Shown piece after piece: positions 11,159 to 19,882 of a stretch of 64,000 bases of DNA. Within the stretch, counting starts at the first letter, position 1. Each line of letters begins with the position of its first letter. The notes under the pieces are model-generated. The model searched no databases and had not been told where the DNA came from. It saw nothing but the letters and a program-made list of their open reading frames with translations. Source of the DNA: Endomicrobiales bacterium (GTDB lineage Bacteria > Elusimicrobiota > Endomicrobiia > Endomicrobiales > JALOBY01); assembly GCA_963796955.1 (NCBI GenBank), contig CAWCNJ010000008.1:384001-448000 (forward strand), written 5' to 3'. Both the position numbers and the translations under genes were made by a program.

Positions 11159-11629
11159 ATGGCAGAAGTGATCTATTTGACCCGCGAGGGCCGGCAGAAA
11201 ATGCTCGACGAGCTTGAAAACCTCAAGACCGTTCGCAAACCCGAAACAACTAACGAACTGGTACGTGCCAGAGAACACGGCGACCTGAAAGAAAATTTTG
11301 AGTATCACGCCGCCAAGGAAGCGCTTGGCAATATTATGCGCCGCATCGGCGAATTGGAATCGAAGCTGAGCCGGGTGCAGCTGATAGAAGACCAGGGCCT
11401 GGATGTGAACACAATTTTCATCGGCGCCAAGGTAACTGTTAAAGATGAGGACGGCGACACATCTCAATACACGATAGTCGATACCGAGGAGTCAGATCCC
11501 ACCGTCGGCAAGATTTCGGTGCAATCGCCGCTCGCGCAGGGCCTTATGGGACACAAAGCTGGAGAAACGGTAAAGATAACCCTGCCCACAGCCAAGATCG
11601 AACTAAAAATAATTAAAATAGAGAGATAA
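11159..11629 (+). CDS. greA: Transcription elongation factor GreA
   Basis: HGDLKENFEYHAAKE and ISVQSPLA motifs. Confidence 0.96.
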   Translation: MAEVIYLTREGRQKMLDELENLKTVRKPETTNELVRAREHGDLKENFEYHAAKEALGNIMRRIGELESKLSRVQLIEDQGLDVNTIFIGAKVTVKDEDGDTSQYTIVDTEESDPTVGKISVQSPLAQGLMGHKAGETVKITLPTAKIELKIIKIER

Positions 11630-11630
11630 C

Positions 11631-13355
11631 ATGCGCTATTCAAAATTCTTTGTACCCACGCTCCGCGAAGCACCGTCTGACGCCGACATTATTTCAGCCA
11701 AGCTTATGTTGAGAGCCGGAATGATACGCAAAGTCGCCTCAGGCCTGTATGAATGGCTGCCACTCGGCCTTCGGGTACTAAAGAATGTTGAACAAATTAT
11801 CCGTGAAGAGATGAACAGTATAGACGGTCAGGAAATTTGGATGCCAATAGTGCAGCCCAAAGAACTGTGGGAAGAGACCGGCAGGTGGGGATTTTACGGC
11901 AAAGAACTGTGCCGGCTCAAAGACCGCAAAGGCGCCGAGTACTGCCTTGGACCCACTCACGAGGAAGTCGTGACAGATCTTGTACGCCGCGAAGTTAGAA
12001 GCTACCGCCAGCTGCCGTTAATGCTCTACCAGTTCGGCACAAAGTTCCGCGACGAGATCCGCCCGAGGTTCGGCGTAATGCGCGCCAGAGAATTTTTGAT
12101 GAAGGACGCCTATTCTTTCCACGCCGATGAAGCTGACGCCGAAACATACTACAAACGCGCCTATGATGCTTACAACAAAATATGTACCCGCTGCGGCTTT
12201 AAGTTCCGTGCCGTTGAAGCAACCACCGGCGCGATAGGCGGCTCGTTCTCTCACGAATTCATGGTACTTGCCGACACCGGCGAAGAAACCATAGCCAACT
12301 GCGAATGCGGATACGGCGCCAACCTTGAAAAAGCAGAGTGCAAACTACCTGAACCCTGGCCATCCAAGCAGGAACCGCTTCCTATGGAAGAAGTTCACAC
12401 ACCCAACCTGAAGAGCGTTGAGGAAGTTGGAAAGTTCATGAAAGCAAAACCTAATAAATTTATTAAAACACTTGTTTATGTTGCCGACGGCATACCCGTT
12501 ATAGCCCTTGTAAGAGGCGACTACGAAGTAAATGAACATAAACTAAAAAACATACTGGACGCTAAAGAGCTGAACCTGGCCGACGAAACCGTGATAACAA
12601 AAGTCACCGGCGCCCCCTGCGGCTTTGCAGGCCCGCACAGCCTGGTTGATCAAACTGTAAAAATAGTTGCCGACCATTCCGTAACCGACATGGTTAACGC
12701 CGTCGTTGGCGCCAACAAGCATGATTACCACTGCAAGAACATAAACATAAACCGTGACTACAAACCCACCGTTGTCGCCGACATCCGTAACGTGGTAGAA
12801 GGCGACCTGTGCAAAGTCTGCGGCAAAAAAATAAACTTCTGCCGCGGCATTGAAGTTGGCCATACTTTCAAACTTGGCACCAAATACTCCAAATCTATGA
12901 ACGCCGTATACCTGAACCCCGAAGGCAAAGAAAACCTTATGATCATGGGCTGCTACGGCATAGGCGTTTCCCGTATTCTTGCCGCGACAATTGAACAATC
13001 CCACGACGACAACGGCATAATATGGCCCCTGGCCCTTGCACCCTTTAAGGTAAGCATAGTAGCCGTAGACCTCAACCACGCCCCAACAAAAGAAGCCGCT
13101 GAAAAACTGTATTCAGAACTTTCCACTCTCGGCATTGAAGTGCTGCTGGATGACCGGGATGAGCGCGCCGGCGTAAAATTTAAAGATGCCGACCTGATGG
13201 GCATACCCCTGCGCGTAACCATAAGCGAAAAGACCCTGGCGCAAAACAGCGTAGAATTCAAACTCCGCCACGAAGATTTCAAAAGCGCCAAACTTATCGC
13301 CCTCGACAAGATAATCGAAGAGATCAATACTCGCTGTAAAACCTTTGGATTGTAA
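11631..13355 (+). CDS. proS: Proline--tRNA ligase (with editing domain)
   Basis: LGPTHEE, KFRDEIRPRFG, IEVGHTF and MGCYGIG motifs. Confidence 0.98.
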   Translation: MRYSKFFVPTLREAPSDADIISAKLMLRAGMIRKVASGLYEWLPLGLRVLKNVEQIIREEMNSIDGQEIWMPIVQPKELWEETGRWGFYGKELCRLKDRKGAEYCLGPTHEEVVTDLVRREVRSYRQLPLMLYQFGTKFRDEIRPRFGVMRAREFLMKDAYSFHADEADAETYYKRAYDAYNKICTRCGFKFRAVEATTGAIGGSFSHEFMVLADTGEETIANCECGYGANLEKAECKLPEPWPSKQEPLPMEEVHTPNLKSVEEVGKFMKAKPNKFIKTLVYVADGIPVIALVRGDYEVNEHKLKNILDAKELNLADETVITKVTGAPCGFAGPHSLVDQTVKIVADHSVTDMVNAVVGANKHDYHCKNININRDYKPTVVADIRNVVEGDLCKVCGKKINFCRGIEVGHTFKLGTKYSKSMNAVYLNPEGKENLMIMGCYGIGVSRILAATIEQSHDDNGIIWPLALAPFKVSIVAVDLNHAPTKEAAEKLYSELSTLGIEVLLDDRDERAGVKFKDADLMGIPLRVTISEKTLAQNSVEFKLRHEDFKSAKLIALDKIIEEINTRCKTFGL

Positions 13356-13365
13356 GGAACTGGAC

Positions 13366-13707
13366 ATGAAGATAGTAACCGATTCAATCTCTCTCGAAGA
13401 ACTTAAACAAATGGCCGCAGGCTTATTCGGTGACATGGTAAAAGCCGTCGTTGATATTGAACGCAGCGTTATTGCAGTTGACGCCGAACTGCATTCTGAC
13501 CTTGAGGCATTGCTATTAGAAAATGGTTCAAAACAGAAAGATGTGTGGGGTATTAACCTCTATCCTGAACTAAATGGAGAGGATTTTGTTGAATTTTCCT
13601 CTATGATAAATATGCGCCCATCGCAAGACAATATGAGCCGTGGCGTTGATGATGAGAAAACCCGTAAACGCATTGTCGACGTCGTTACAAAAAGGGTGAC
13701 AAAGTGA
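13366..13707 (+). CDS. Conserved hypothetical protein (DUF5674-like)
   Basis: MVKAVVDIER...AELHSDLE...LLENGS...WGINLYP...MINMRP pattern; ATG 13366 follows AAGGAA. Confidence 0.7.
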   Translation: MKIVTDSISLEELKQMAAGLFGDMVKAVVDIERSVIAVDAELHSDLEALLLENGSKQKDVWGINLYPELNGEDFVEFSSMINMRPSQDNMSRGVDDEKTRKRIVDVVTKRVTK

Positions 13708-14036
13708 CAACCCAACACGCCCAGCTAGCCGAAGGGCGCTGGTTCCAGATGTCATTTTTAGACCAGATGGCGAACATCGGCAGCGAAGTTGAACGCGCCC
13801 TGAACTGGAAAACCAGGAACAACGCTGCATACACGCAAAAAGCCTTTATACGCACACTTGAACTACTAGACCTTACGTTAGAAGATGCAAGAAATAATCG
13901 ACGATTAAAAGAACTTGCCCGCGTCCGAGAAGCCATAGTAGATTATTTCAGCGGTTCCAATGAGTTCGCCTCAACAGAAGTATCATGGAAAAAATACTTC
14001 CTAAACTTCGCCTACGCTGCACGTAAGAACCACTAA
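13704..14036 (+). CDS. Conserved hypothetical helical protein coupled to the DUF5674-like gene
   Basis: GTGA start/stop overlap; QMANIGSEVERA motif. Confidence 0.7.
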   Translation: MTTQHAQLAEGRWFQMSFLDQMANIGSEVERALNWKTRNNAAYTQKAFIRTLELLDLTLEDARNNRRLKELARVREAIVDYFSGSNEFASTEVSWKKYFLNFAYAARKNH

Positions 14037-14309
14037 GCCATAATTGCTCAACTACCGGCTTCAAGCTCCGATGAAATAGCTAAACTCTTACTGTATAATG
14101 AAATCATGCTAGCACTGAACAGTCCACTTGCTGACAATAGCGATGTTGCGTCTGTTCATTTGATTCATTATCACGATAAGCATTATTATGATAACATGCC
14201 TTGTATTGATATAAATGGAAATATTTATGAGTGGGAATCGATGCTTCCAGTTGGGATCAAAATTATTAAGTGGGAGAATACAACCAATGGACCGCAGAAC
14301 GTACGTTAG
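14037..14309 (+). pseudogene. AT-rich ORF remnant, probably lacking its N-terminus
   Basis: Frame is open from directly after the 14036 stop to 14309; no RBS; lower GC than the flanks. Confidence 0.3.
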
Positions 14310-14428
14310 GGAAAGGCGTCCGGGGCATCCTTGAAAAGTGACGTGAAACATATGACGCAGATGGTTTGTGATGCCGTTATTCTGGGATATTCGCTGTTAG
14401 AAGAAAAATGAGACAGGTATCATTTTTC

Positions 14429-14457
14429 TTGACACTGAAAACATAATGTACTAGAAT
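14429..14457 (+). promoter_or_regulatory. sigma70 promoter of the cobalamin operon
   Basis: TTGACA-17 nt-TAGAAT. Confidence 0.75.
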
Positions 14458-14488
14458 TCGGTTAGTTAATTGCTCTTTCGTTAGATAT

Positions 14489-14548
14489 TTGCCGCTCGAA
14501 ACTTCAGCACAGGAGGGCTTGCCCTCCGAAGCTTTAGCGTAGGAGGGG
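14489..14548. repeat. Two tandem ~30-bp REP-like palindromic units
   Basis: TTGCCGCTCGAAACTTCAGCACAGGAGGGC (degenerate) followed by TTGCCCTCCGAAGCTTTAGCGTAGGAGGGG. Confidence 0.6.
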
Positions 14549-14551
14549 CCC

Positions 14552-14662
14552 CGCATCGTGAGGAAGTCCCGTGAAATCCGGGCACTGCCCCGCAACGGTA
14601 ATAGTCGCCAAGGCGACTTAGTCCGGTCTATACGATGCGACGGAATAACTTTCGCGGGAAAG
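14552..14662 (+). ncRNA. Cobalamin riboswitch (compact aptamer + kissing-loop hairpin)
   Basis: Outer stem CGCATCGTG/TACGATGCG; core AGGAAGTCCCGTGAAATCCGGGCACTGCCCCGCAACGGTAA...AGTCCGG; downstream CTTTC-GCGG-GAAAG loop complementary to CCCGC (14589-14593); lies upstream of cob/btu genes. Confidence 0.9.
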
Positions 14663-14686
14663 ATGAGGTATCCACTATTATTTTTC

Positions 14687-14723
14687 AACCCTTGCTTTCT
14701 TCGAAAGCAGGGGTTTTTCTTTT
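14687..14723 (+). terminator. Intrinsic terminator (riboswitch expression platform)
   Basis: AACCCTTGCTTTC-TTC-GAAAGCAGGGGTT followed by TTTCTTTT, immediately before the cobO RBS. Confidence 0.85.
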
Positions 14724-14732
14724 GGAGGTAAA

Positions 14733-15251
14733 ATGCTTTACATCAACACAGGGAACGGGAAGGGGAAGAGTACCGCGGCTATGGGGCAGATGTTGCGCTC
14801 TATCGGGCAGGGGTGGAAGGTTTGCCTGGTGCAGCTTTTTAAGGGGAAGAGCTTTTACGGGGAGCAAAAAACCTTTGGGAAGTTCAAAAAACAGCTTGAT
14901 TTTTACTCTTTTGCCCCCAAACACCCGGGGTGTTTTCCAAAAACTGATAGAAAATTGGTGCGGAAACAGTGTTTGGAGGCTCTTTCGTTTATCCACAAGT
15001 TACTCACAGGCAGAAAACGATACCAATTATTAGTGATGGAAGAGTTCAATATAGCCATCCGGGATGGCTATATGACCACTAAAGAAGTACTTGAAGTAGT
15101 CAACGATTTTTACAGTATATCGGACATTGTAATAACAGGCAGAGGCGCGCCAAAGGCTTTGATCGAACGGGCTGACCTTGTTACCGAGATGAAGGAAATA
15201 AAGCACCCCTTCCGTAAAGGCATAAAATCTCGCAGAGGGATAGAATTTTAA
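14733..15251 (+). CDS. cobO: Corrinoid adenosyltransferase (CobA/CobO/BtuR family)
   Basis: TGNGKGKSTAA, QLFKG, ITGR, ADLVTEMKEIKHPF and GIEF motifs. Confidence 0.93.
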   Translation: MLYINTGNGKGKSTAAMGQMLRSIGQGWKVCLVQLFKGKSFYGEQKTFGKFKKQLDFYSFAPKHPGCFPKTDRKLVRKQCLEALSFIHKLLTGRKRYQLLVMEEFNIAIRDGYMTTKEVLEVVNDFYSISDIVITGRGAPKALIERADLVTEMKEIKHPFRKGIKSRRGIEF

Positions 15252-15252
15252 C

Positions 15253-15771
15253 ATGGGAACCCTTATTTTCATAACCGGTGGAGCTCGTTCCGGCAAAAGC
15301 AGACTGGCGACAGACCTGGCGGGGCAGGCTGGTAAGCACGTGGCCTTTATTGCCACCGGGCAGGCCCTGGACAAGGAGATGGCGGAGCGCATAAAGAAGC
15401 ACCAAAGCGACCGGCCTGCCGGTTGGAAAACCGTTGAGGAACCCTTAAATATTGCATCGGCTATAGCGAAACTACCGAAAAATACACAGGCAGTGATCAT
15501 CGATTGCCTTACCTTATTGGTAACGAACCTGATGCTTTCAGGAAAAACCGATAAGCAAATTAAAGATGCGATTAAAAACGTTATAACGACAGCGAAGAGT
15601 ATCAAAGCTACCGTGATCGTGGTTTCTAACGAAGTTGGGGCAGGAATTGTGCCAGAGAACAAAATGGCACGGGATTTCAGGGATATAGCAGGGATAGCAA
15701 ATCAAATAGTTGCAAAAGCAAGCGACAAAGCCTACGCAATGTTTGCCGGTTATCCGGTGAAGTTAAAATAA
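15253..15771 (+). CDS. cobU: Adenosylcobinamide kinase / adenosylcobinamide-phosphate guanylyltransferase
   Basis: ITGGARSGKS, IDCLT and VSNEVG motifs. Confidence 0.96.
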   Translation: MGTLIFITGGARSGKSRLATDLAGQAGKHVAFIATGQALDKEMAERIKKHQSDRPAGWKTVEEPLNIASAIAKLPKNTQAVIIDCLTLLVTNLMLSGKTDKQIKDAIKNVITTAKSIKATVIVVSNEVGAGIVPENKMARDFRDIAGIANQIVAKASDKAYAMFAGYPVKLK

Positions 15772-15784
15772 AGGAGCAACGACC

Positions 15785-16855
15785 ATGACACTTAAAGAAG
15801 CGATCTCAAAGATCACCGACCTGGATGTGACGCTGATGAACAAAGCGCAGGAGAAACTGGATAGCTTAACAAAACCTCAGGGCAGCCTTGGGCGCCTGGA
15901 AGAACTGGCCAAACAGATCGTCGCTATCAGCGGCAATATAAAACCTGAGATAACCAACAAATATATCGTCACAGTTGCTGGCGACCATGGCGTAGCAAAG
16001 GAAGGCGTCAGCGCATTCCCGCAGGAAGTTACACCGCAGATGGTACATAACTTCCTTACCGGCGGGGCCGCTATCAATGTTCTCGCCCGCAACATCGGAG
16101 CGAAAGTTATGGTCGTGGATGCAGGCGTTGCATCAGACATTCCGGCTCACCCCGACCTCCTGATCAGGAAGATCGGTTATGGGACAGCAAACATAGCCAA
16201 AGGTCCCGCGATGAGCAGGGAAGACGCTATTAAGGCTCTTGAAACCGGCATAGAATTAGTCGCCCAGCTTAAGAGCAAAGGTGCGCACATAATAGGAACC
16301 GGTGATATGGGGATAGCCAACACCACTCCCTCCAGCGCGATAGTTGCTGCGATAACGGGCGCGGCAGTGGAGAGCCTTACGGGCAGGGGCACCGGCATTG
16401 ACGATAAGGGCCTTGATTTGAAGATAAGCGTGATAAAAAAAGCTCTCTCGCTTAATGCTCCCGACAAAAACGATGGGATCGATGTGCTCAGCAAAGTCGG
16501 CGGCTTTGAGATCGGCGTTATTGCCGGTATATTTATAGGCGGCGCCGCGAACCGCATTCCCGTAGTTATCGACGGTTTCATTTCCGGCGCAGGCGCGCTC
16601 ATCGCCTCAATTATCGCCCCAAAAGCAAAACAATATATGATCCCTTCGCACTGTTCAGTAGAGGCAGGCCACGCCGTAACACTTACTTTCATGGGTTTAA
16701 AACCTCTATTCAATATGAATATGCGCCTTGGCGAAGGAACCGGTGCCGCTCTTGGGATCCAGTTCGTTGAGGCCTCAGTAAAAATACTGAACGAAATGGC
16801 AACGTTCGCTCAGGCAGGAGTTTCTGAAAAATCGGAAGAATCGAAGGTCAACTAA
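15785..16855 (+). CDS. cobT: Nicotinate-nucleotide--dimethylbenzimidazole phosphoribosyltransferase
   Basis: LTKPQGSLGRLE, GDMGIANTT and MRLGEGTGA motifs. Confidence 0.97.
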   Translation: MTLKEAISKITDLDVTLMNKAQEKLDSLTKPQGSLGRLEELAKQIVAISGNIKPEITNKYIVTVAGDHGVAKEGVSAFPQEVTPQMVHNFLTGGAAINVLARNIGAKVMVVDAGVASDIPAHPDLLIRKIGYGTANIAKGPAMSREDAIKALETGIELVAQLKSKGAHIIGTGDMGIANTTPSSAIVAAITGAAVESLTGRGTGIDDKGLDLKISVIKKALSLNAPDKNDGIDVLSKVGGFEIGVIAGIFIGGAANRIPVVIDGFISGAGALIASIIAPKAKQYMIPSHCSVEAGHAVTLTFMGLKPLFNMNMRLGEGTGAALGIQFVEASVKILNEMATFAQAGVSEKSEESKVN

Positions 16856-17602
16856 ATGCTCGGATTCCTTACTGCTCTGCAGTTCCTAACGATCATCCCT
16901 TTACGATTATCTCGCGTTCCTGCAAAGCGTGATTTTGCGACTGCTATTGCGACATTTCCTTTAGCGGGAATTTGCATAGGACTGATCGTGCTGTTATCCA
17001 GGGCTGTATTTTCGTACGTACTTTCCGGGACTGCGCTCAGTGTGGTTATGGTGATAACTCTTATGGTAATCACCGGCGGGCTGCATTTGGACGGGCTTGC
17101 AGATACTGCCGACGGGATCGGAGCCCGCGCAGACCGTGAAAGGACGCTTGAGATAATGCGTGACAGCAGGATCGGTACCATGGGCGTTTTGGCGCTGATT
17201 TCTGTCATATTACTGAAGGTCTATCTGTTCGCGTATCTACCGACGCATAGAATGTTTGCGGCTATTGTTTGCACTATGGCGGTAAGCCGCGCATGCCAAC
17301 TGATACCAATGTATTTTTTTCCGTATGCCAGAAGCAGTGGGAAAGCTTCTTCCTTCATTGAAGCGCTTTCAAAACCGGCGGTCTTTGCGGCACTGTGCAT
17401 TTCAGCTATTCTGGCAGGCAGCTTGCTGCATTACGCAGGTATTATCGCACTGTTGGTTACCGGAATCACGGCTTATATAATCAGCCGGGCAGTAAGCAAT
17501 AAACTGGGAGGTATCACCGGTGATGTTATTGGCGCTGTCAGCGAAATATCCGAAATAGTTTTTTTGGTAACGATAATTGCCTTGCAAGGGGTGCCTCTGT
17601 GA
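16856..17602 (+). CDS. cobS: Cobalamin synthase
   Basis: TGGLHLDGLADTADG, IMRDSRIG and GGITGDV motifs. Confidence 0.97.
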   Translation: MLGFLTALQFLTIIPLRLSRVPAKRDFATAIATFPLAGICIGLIVLLSRAVFSYVLSGTALSVVMVITLMVITGGLHLDGLADTADGIGARADRERTLEIMRDSRIGTMGVLALISVILLKVYLFAYLPTHRMFAAIVCTMAVSRACQLIPMYFFPYARSSGKASSFIEALSKPAVFAALCISAILAGSLLHYAGIIALLVTGITAYIISRAVSNKLGGITGDVIGAVSEISEIVFLVTIIALQGVPL

Positions 17603-18051
17603 ACAAACCCGGTGTATTAAAACAGCTAAAGCCTTTCGGTGTCACGCTTGATGTGCTGGTCGCAACGGGCATGATGATGTACATTTATGACCCGGCGATA
17701 GGCAAGCCGGCCTCTGTCAGAAAGACAGTTGAGAAAGAAACGATAAAAGCGCTTAACGATATTAATATCGCGGCGCTCATAACCGCCGGCGTCGAGCTGG
17801 AAAGGCTTGGCCTGGAAGGCAGGCTGCCAAACATTTCGAAAAAGAAGTTCGAGACCGATCCCGTTGACCTTATCGCTGATGAGATACTCGGGCAGGGCAT
17901 CGCGATGTATCTGGCAGGAACACGGGCGCTCTTTGAGTTCGAACGCCTGGATAAAAAGAAGCCTGGAATAATCGCGAAGCTGCCTCCATTCATGGACGAT
18001 ATTGTGGCAGGATTAATAGCCGGGGTAATGGTAAAAGTATGCTCAAATTGA
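17599..18051 (+). CDS. cobZ: Alpha-ribazole-5'-phosphate phosphatase, CobZ/PgpA-like type
   Basis: DPVDLIADE...FERLDKKKPGII..LPPFMDD..AGLIAG pattern; coupled to cobS. Confidence 0.75.
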   Translation: MNKPGVLKQLKPFGVTLDVLVATGMMMYIYDPAIGKPASVRKTVEKETIKALNDINIAALITAGVELERLGLEGRLPNISKKKFETDPVDLIADEILGQGIAMYLAGTRALFEFERLDKKKPGIIAKLPPFMDDIVAGLIAGVMVKVCSN

Positions 18052-18887
18052 CAACGTCCGGCGTTCAGCGTTTAGCGTATAGTGTAACTGCCCTACTGCT
18101 GATAATTTCAGGAACTGCATTTGCGTATGAACGGATCATTTCGCTTGCACCGTCTTTGACGCGCGACGTGTATCTGCTTGGGATACAGGACAAACTGGTT
18201 GGCGTCACCATGTATTGCCCGGATTTCGCGAAAGGAAAAGAGAATGTCGGTTCCGTTCAAGCTCCGAATCTGGAACGTATCGCTGCGCTTAAACCCGACG
18301 TTGTGCTTGCCACCAAAGACGGCAACGATCGCCGGACGGTAGACAAGCTGCGGTCGATGGGCATAAACGTGTATGTTTTAGGTTCGCCATCGACGATTGA
18401 TACTATTTGTTCTGAATTCATTGAACTCGGCAAATATCTTGGAGTTGAGGCAACGGCGAAAACGATAGTTAAGCAGGCTCGGGAAAAGATACAGACCGTC
18501 CGTACGCATATACCGGCAAACGGGCAGAAAAAAGTATTCTGGCAGGTAGGCGCTCACCCGATATTCACGGTCAGCAAGAACAGCTTCGTAAATGAATTCA
18601 TGGCGTTGAGCGGGGTCAAAAATGTATTCCAAGATCTGAAAGCCCGTTACCCGCAGATCACCAGGGAAGCCGTTATAGCCGCTGATCCGGACATAATAAT
18701 AATCGTTACCATGGACGGCGAAATGTCCACCGAAAAAGCTAACTGGGCACAGTTCGCTCAGTTAAGCGCCGTAAAGAACAACCGTGTGTTTTTCATACGC
18801 GATATGATGTTCGACAACCCGACACCCCTTGCCCTAGCCGAGGGAATAGAGAAACTCCAAACGATCTTTTATCCGACGACAAAATGA
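18039..18887 (+). CDS. btuF: Corrinoid ABC transporter substrate-binding protein
   Basis: Signal peptide; RIISLAPS, LERIAALKPDVV and LSAVKNNRV motifs. Confidence 0.85.
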   Translation: MLKLTTSGVQRLAYSVTALLLIISGTAFAYERIISLAPSLTRDVYLLGIQDKLVGVTMYCPDFAKGKENVGSVQAPNLERIAALKPDVVLATKDGNDRRTVDKLRSMGINVYVLGSPSTIDTICSEFIELGKYLGVEATAKTIVKQAREKIQTVRTHIPANGQKKVFWQVGAHPIFTVSKNSFVNEFMALSGVKNVFQDLKARYPQITREAVIAADPDIIIIVTMDGEMSTEKANWAQFAQLSAVKNNRVFFIRDMMFDNPTPLALAEGIEKLQTIFYPTTK

Positions 18888-19879
18888 AACGTAATGTACC
18901 AACCTTCCTGATACTTATATTTGCGCTGCTTTGCAGCGCCATGGCATCGCTGCTTGTAGGGGCGGCGGACATAACGCCCGCGCAGCTTTTTAACGCCCTG
19001 CTGCACCCGCATGCCGGCGGTACCGTTTCAACTATAGTCTGGCACCTGCGTATGACCCGCACCGCAATGGCCATAATAACCGGCATGGGTCTTGCCGGCT
19101 GCGGCTGCGTCTTTCAGGGAGTGCTGCGAAACCCGCTTGCAGACCCGTACACGCTTGGTGTTTCGGGCGGCGCCGCTTTCGGCGCTACCCTGGCTATCGC
19201 TTCCGGTATTGCTGCCATGGGAATGTTTTTCCTGCCTATCGCCGCTTTTGCAGGCGCTCTGTTTTGCGTCAGCCTGGTATATGCCGCGGCATCACGGCGC
19301 GGTTTTTCGCAAAGCTCTTTGATACTCGGGGGTGTAGTGCTTGGCTTTGTGTTTTCCTCCATGGTGCTGCTGGTAATAGCTCTGGCAGACGCGCAAAAAG
19401 TGCAGTCAACGGTTTTGTGGCTTATGGGCGATCTTGCAACGGCGAGCGGTACGATGGTAATGCTAACCGGACTGTGCGTATTTTTCGGAATAGCGGCCTT
19501 ATCATTTTTTGCCAGCGATCTGAACATTCTGACCCTCGGTGAGGAAAAGGCGATGCACCTGGGCCTTGAACCGATGAAACTCAAAAAAGTGCTTTTCGCC
19601 ATAGCTTCGCTGGTGACCGGTGCGGTTGTCGCGGCGACCGGCATAATCGGGTTCGTGGGGCTGATAATACCTCACGCCGTGCGGCGTTTCACCGGTCCTG
19701 ACCACAGGGTATTGATCCCGGCATCTGCACTTGCCGGCGCGGCATTCCTGCTGGTTTGCGACACGATAGCCCGCACTATCATCGCACCTACGGAATTGCC
19801 CGTGGGCGTAATAACAGGGCTTACCGGCGGCATATTCTTTCTGGGATATTTAATGACCTCCCGCAATAAGGTGTTTTAA
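18884..19879 (+). CDS. btuC: Corrinoid ABC transporter permease (FecCD/BtuC)
   Basis: LRNPLADPY, LGEEKA..LG, IGFVGL and ELPVG motifs. Confidence 0.88.
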   Translation: MKRNVPTFLILIFALLCSAMASLLVGAADITPAQLFNALLHPHAGGTVSTIVWHLRMTRTAMAIITGMGLAGCGCVFQGVLRNPLADPYTLGVSGGAAFGATLAIASGIAAMGMFFLPIAAFAGALFCVSLVYAAASRRGFSQSSLILGGVVLGFVFSSMVLLVIALADAQKVQSTVLWLMGDLATASGTMVMLTGLCVFFGIAALSFFASDLNILTLGEEKAMHLGLEPMKLKKVLFAIASLVTGAVVAATGIIGFVGLIIPHAVRRFTGPDHRVLIPASALAGAAFLLVCDTIARTIIAPTELPVGVITGLTGGIFFLGYLMTSRNKVF

Positions 19880-19882
19880 CGA

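Noticed and set aside
14290..14405. Possible integron attC-like sites (GTTAG motifs near 14306 and 14396)
   Set aside because: No upstream RYYYAAC partner or extended palindrome, and no integrase in the window.
14037..14460. Replication origin suggested by the skew flip and AT-rich DNA
   Set aside because: No DnaA-box cluster or dnaA/gidA context seen, and the skew appears to fade within a few kb.
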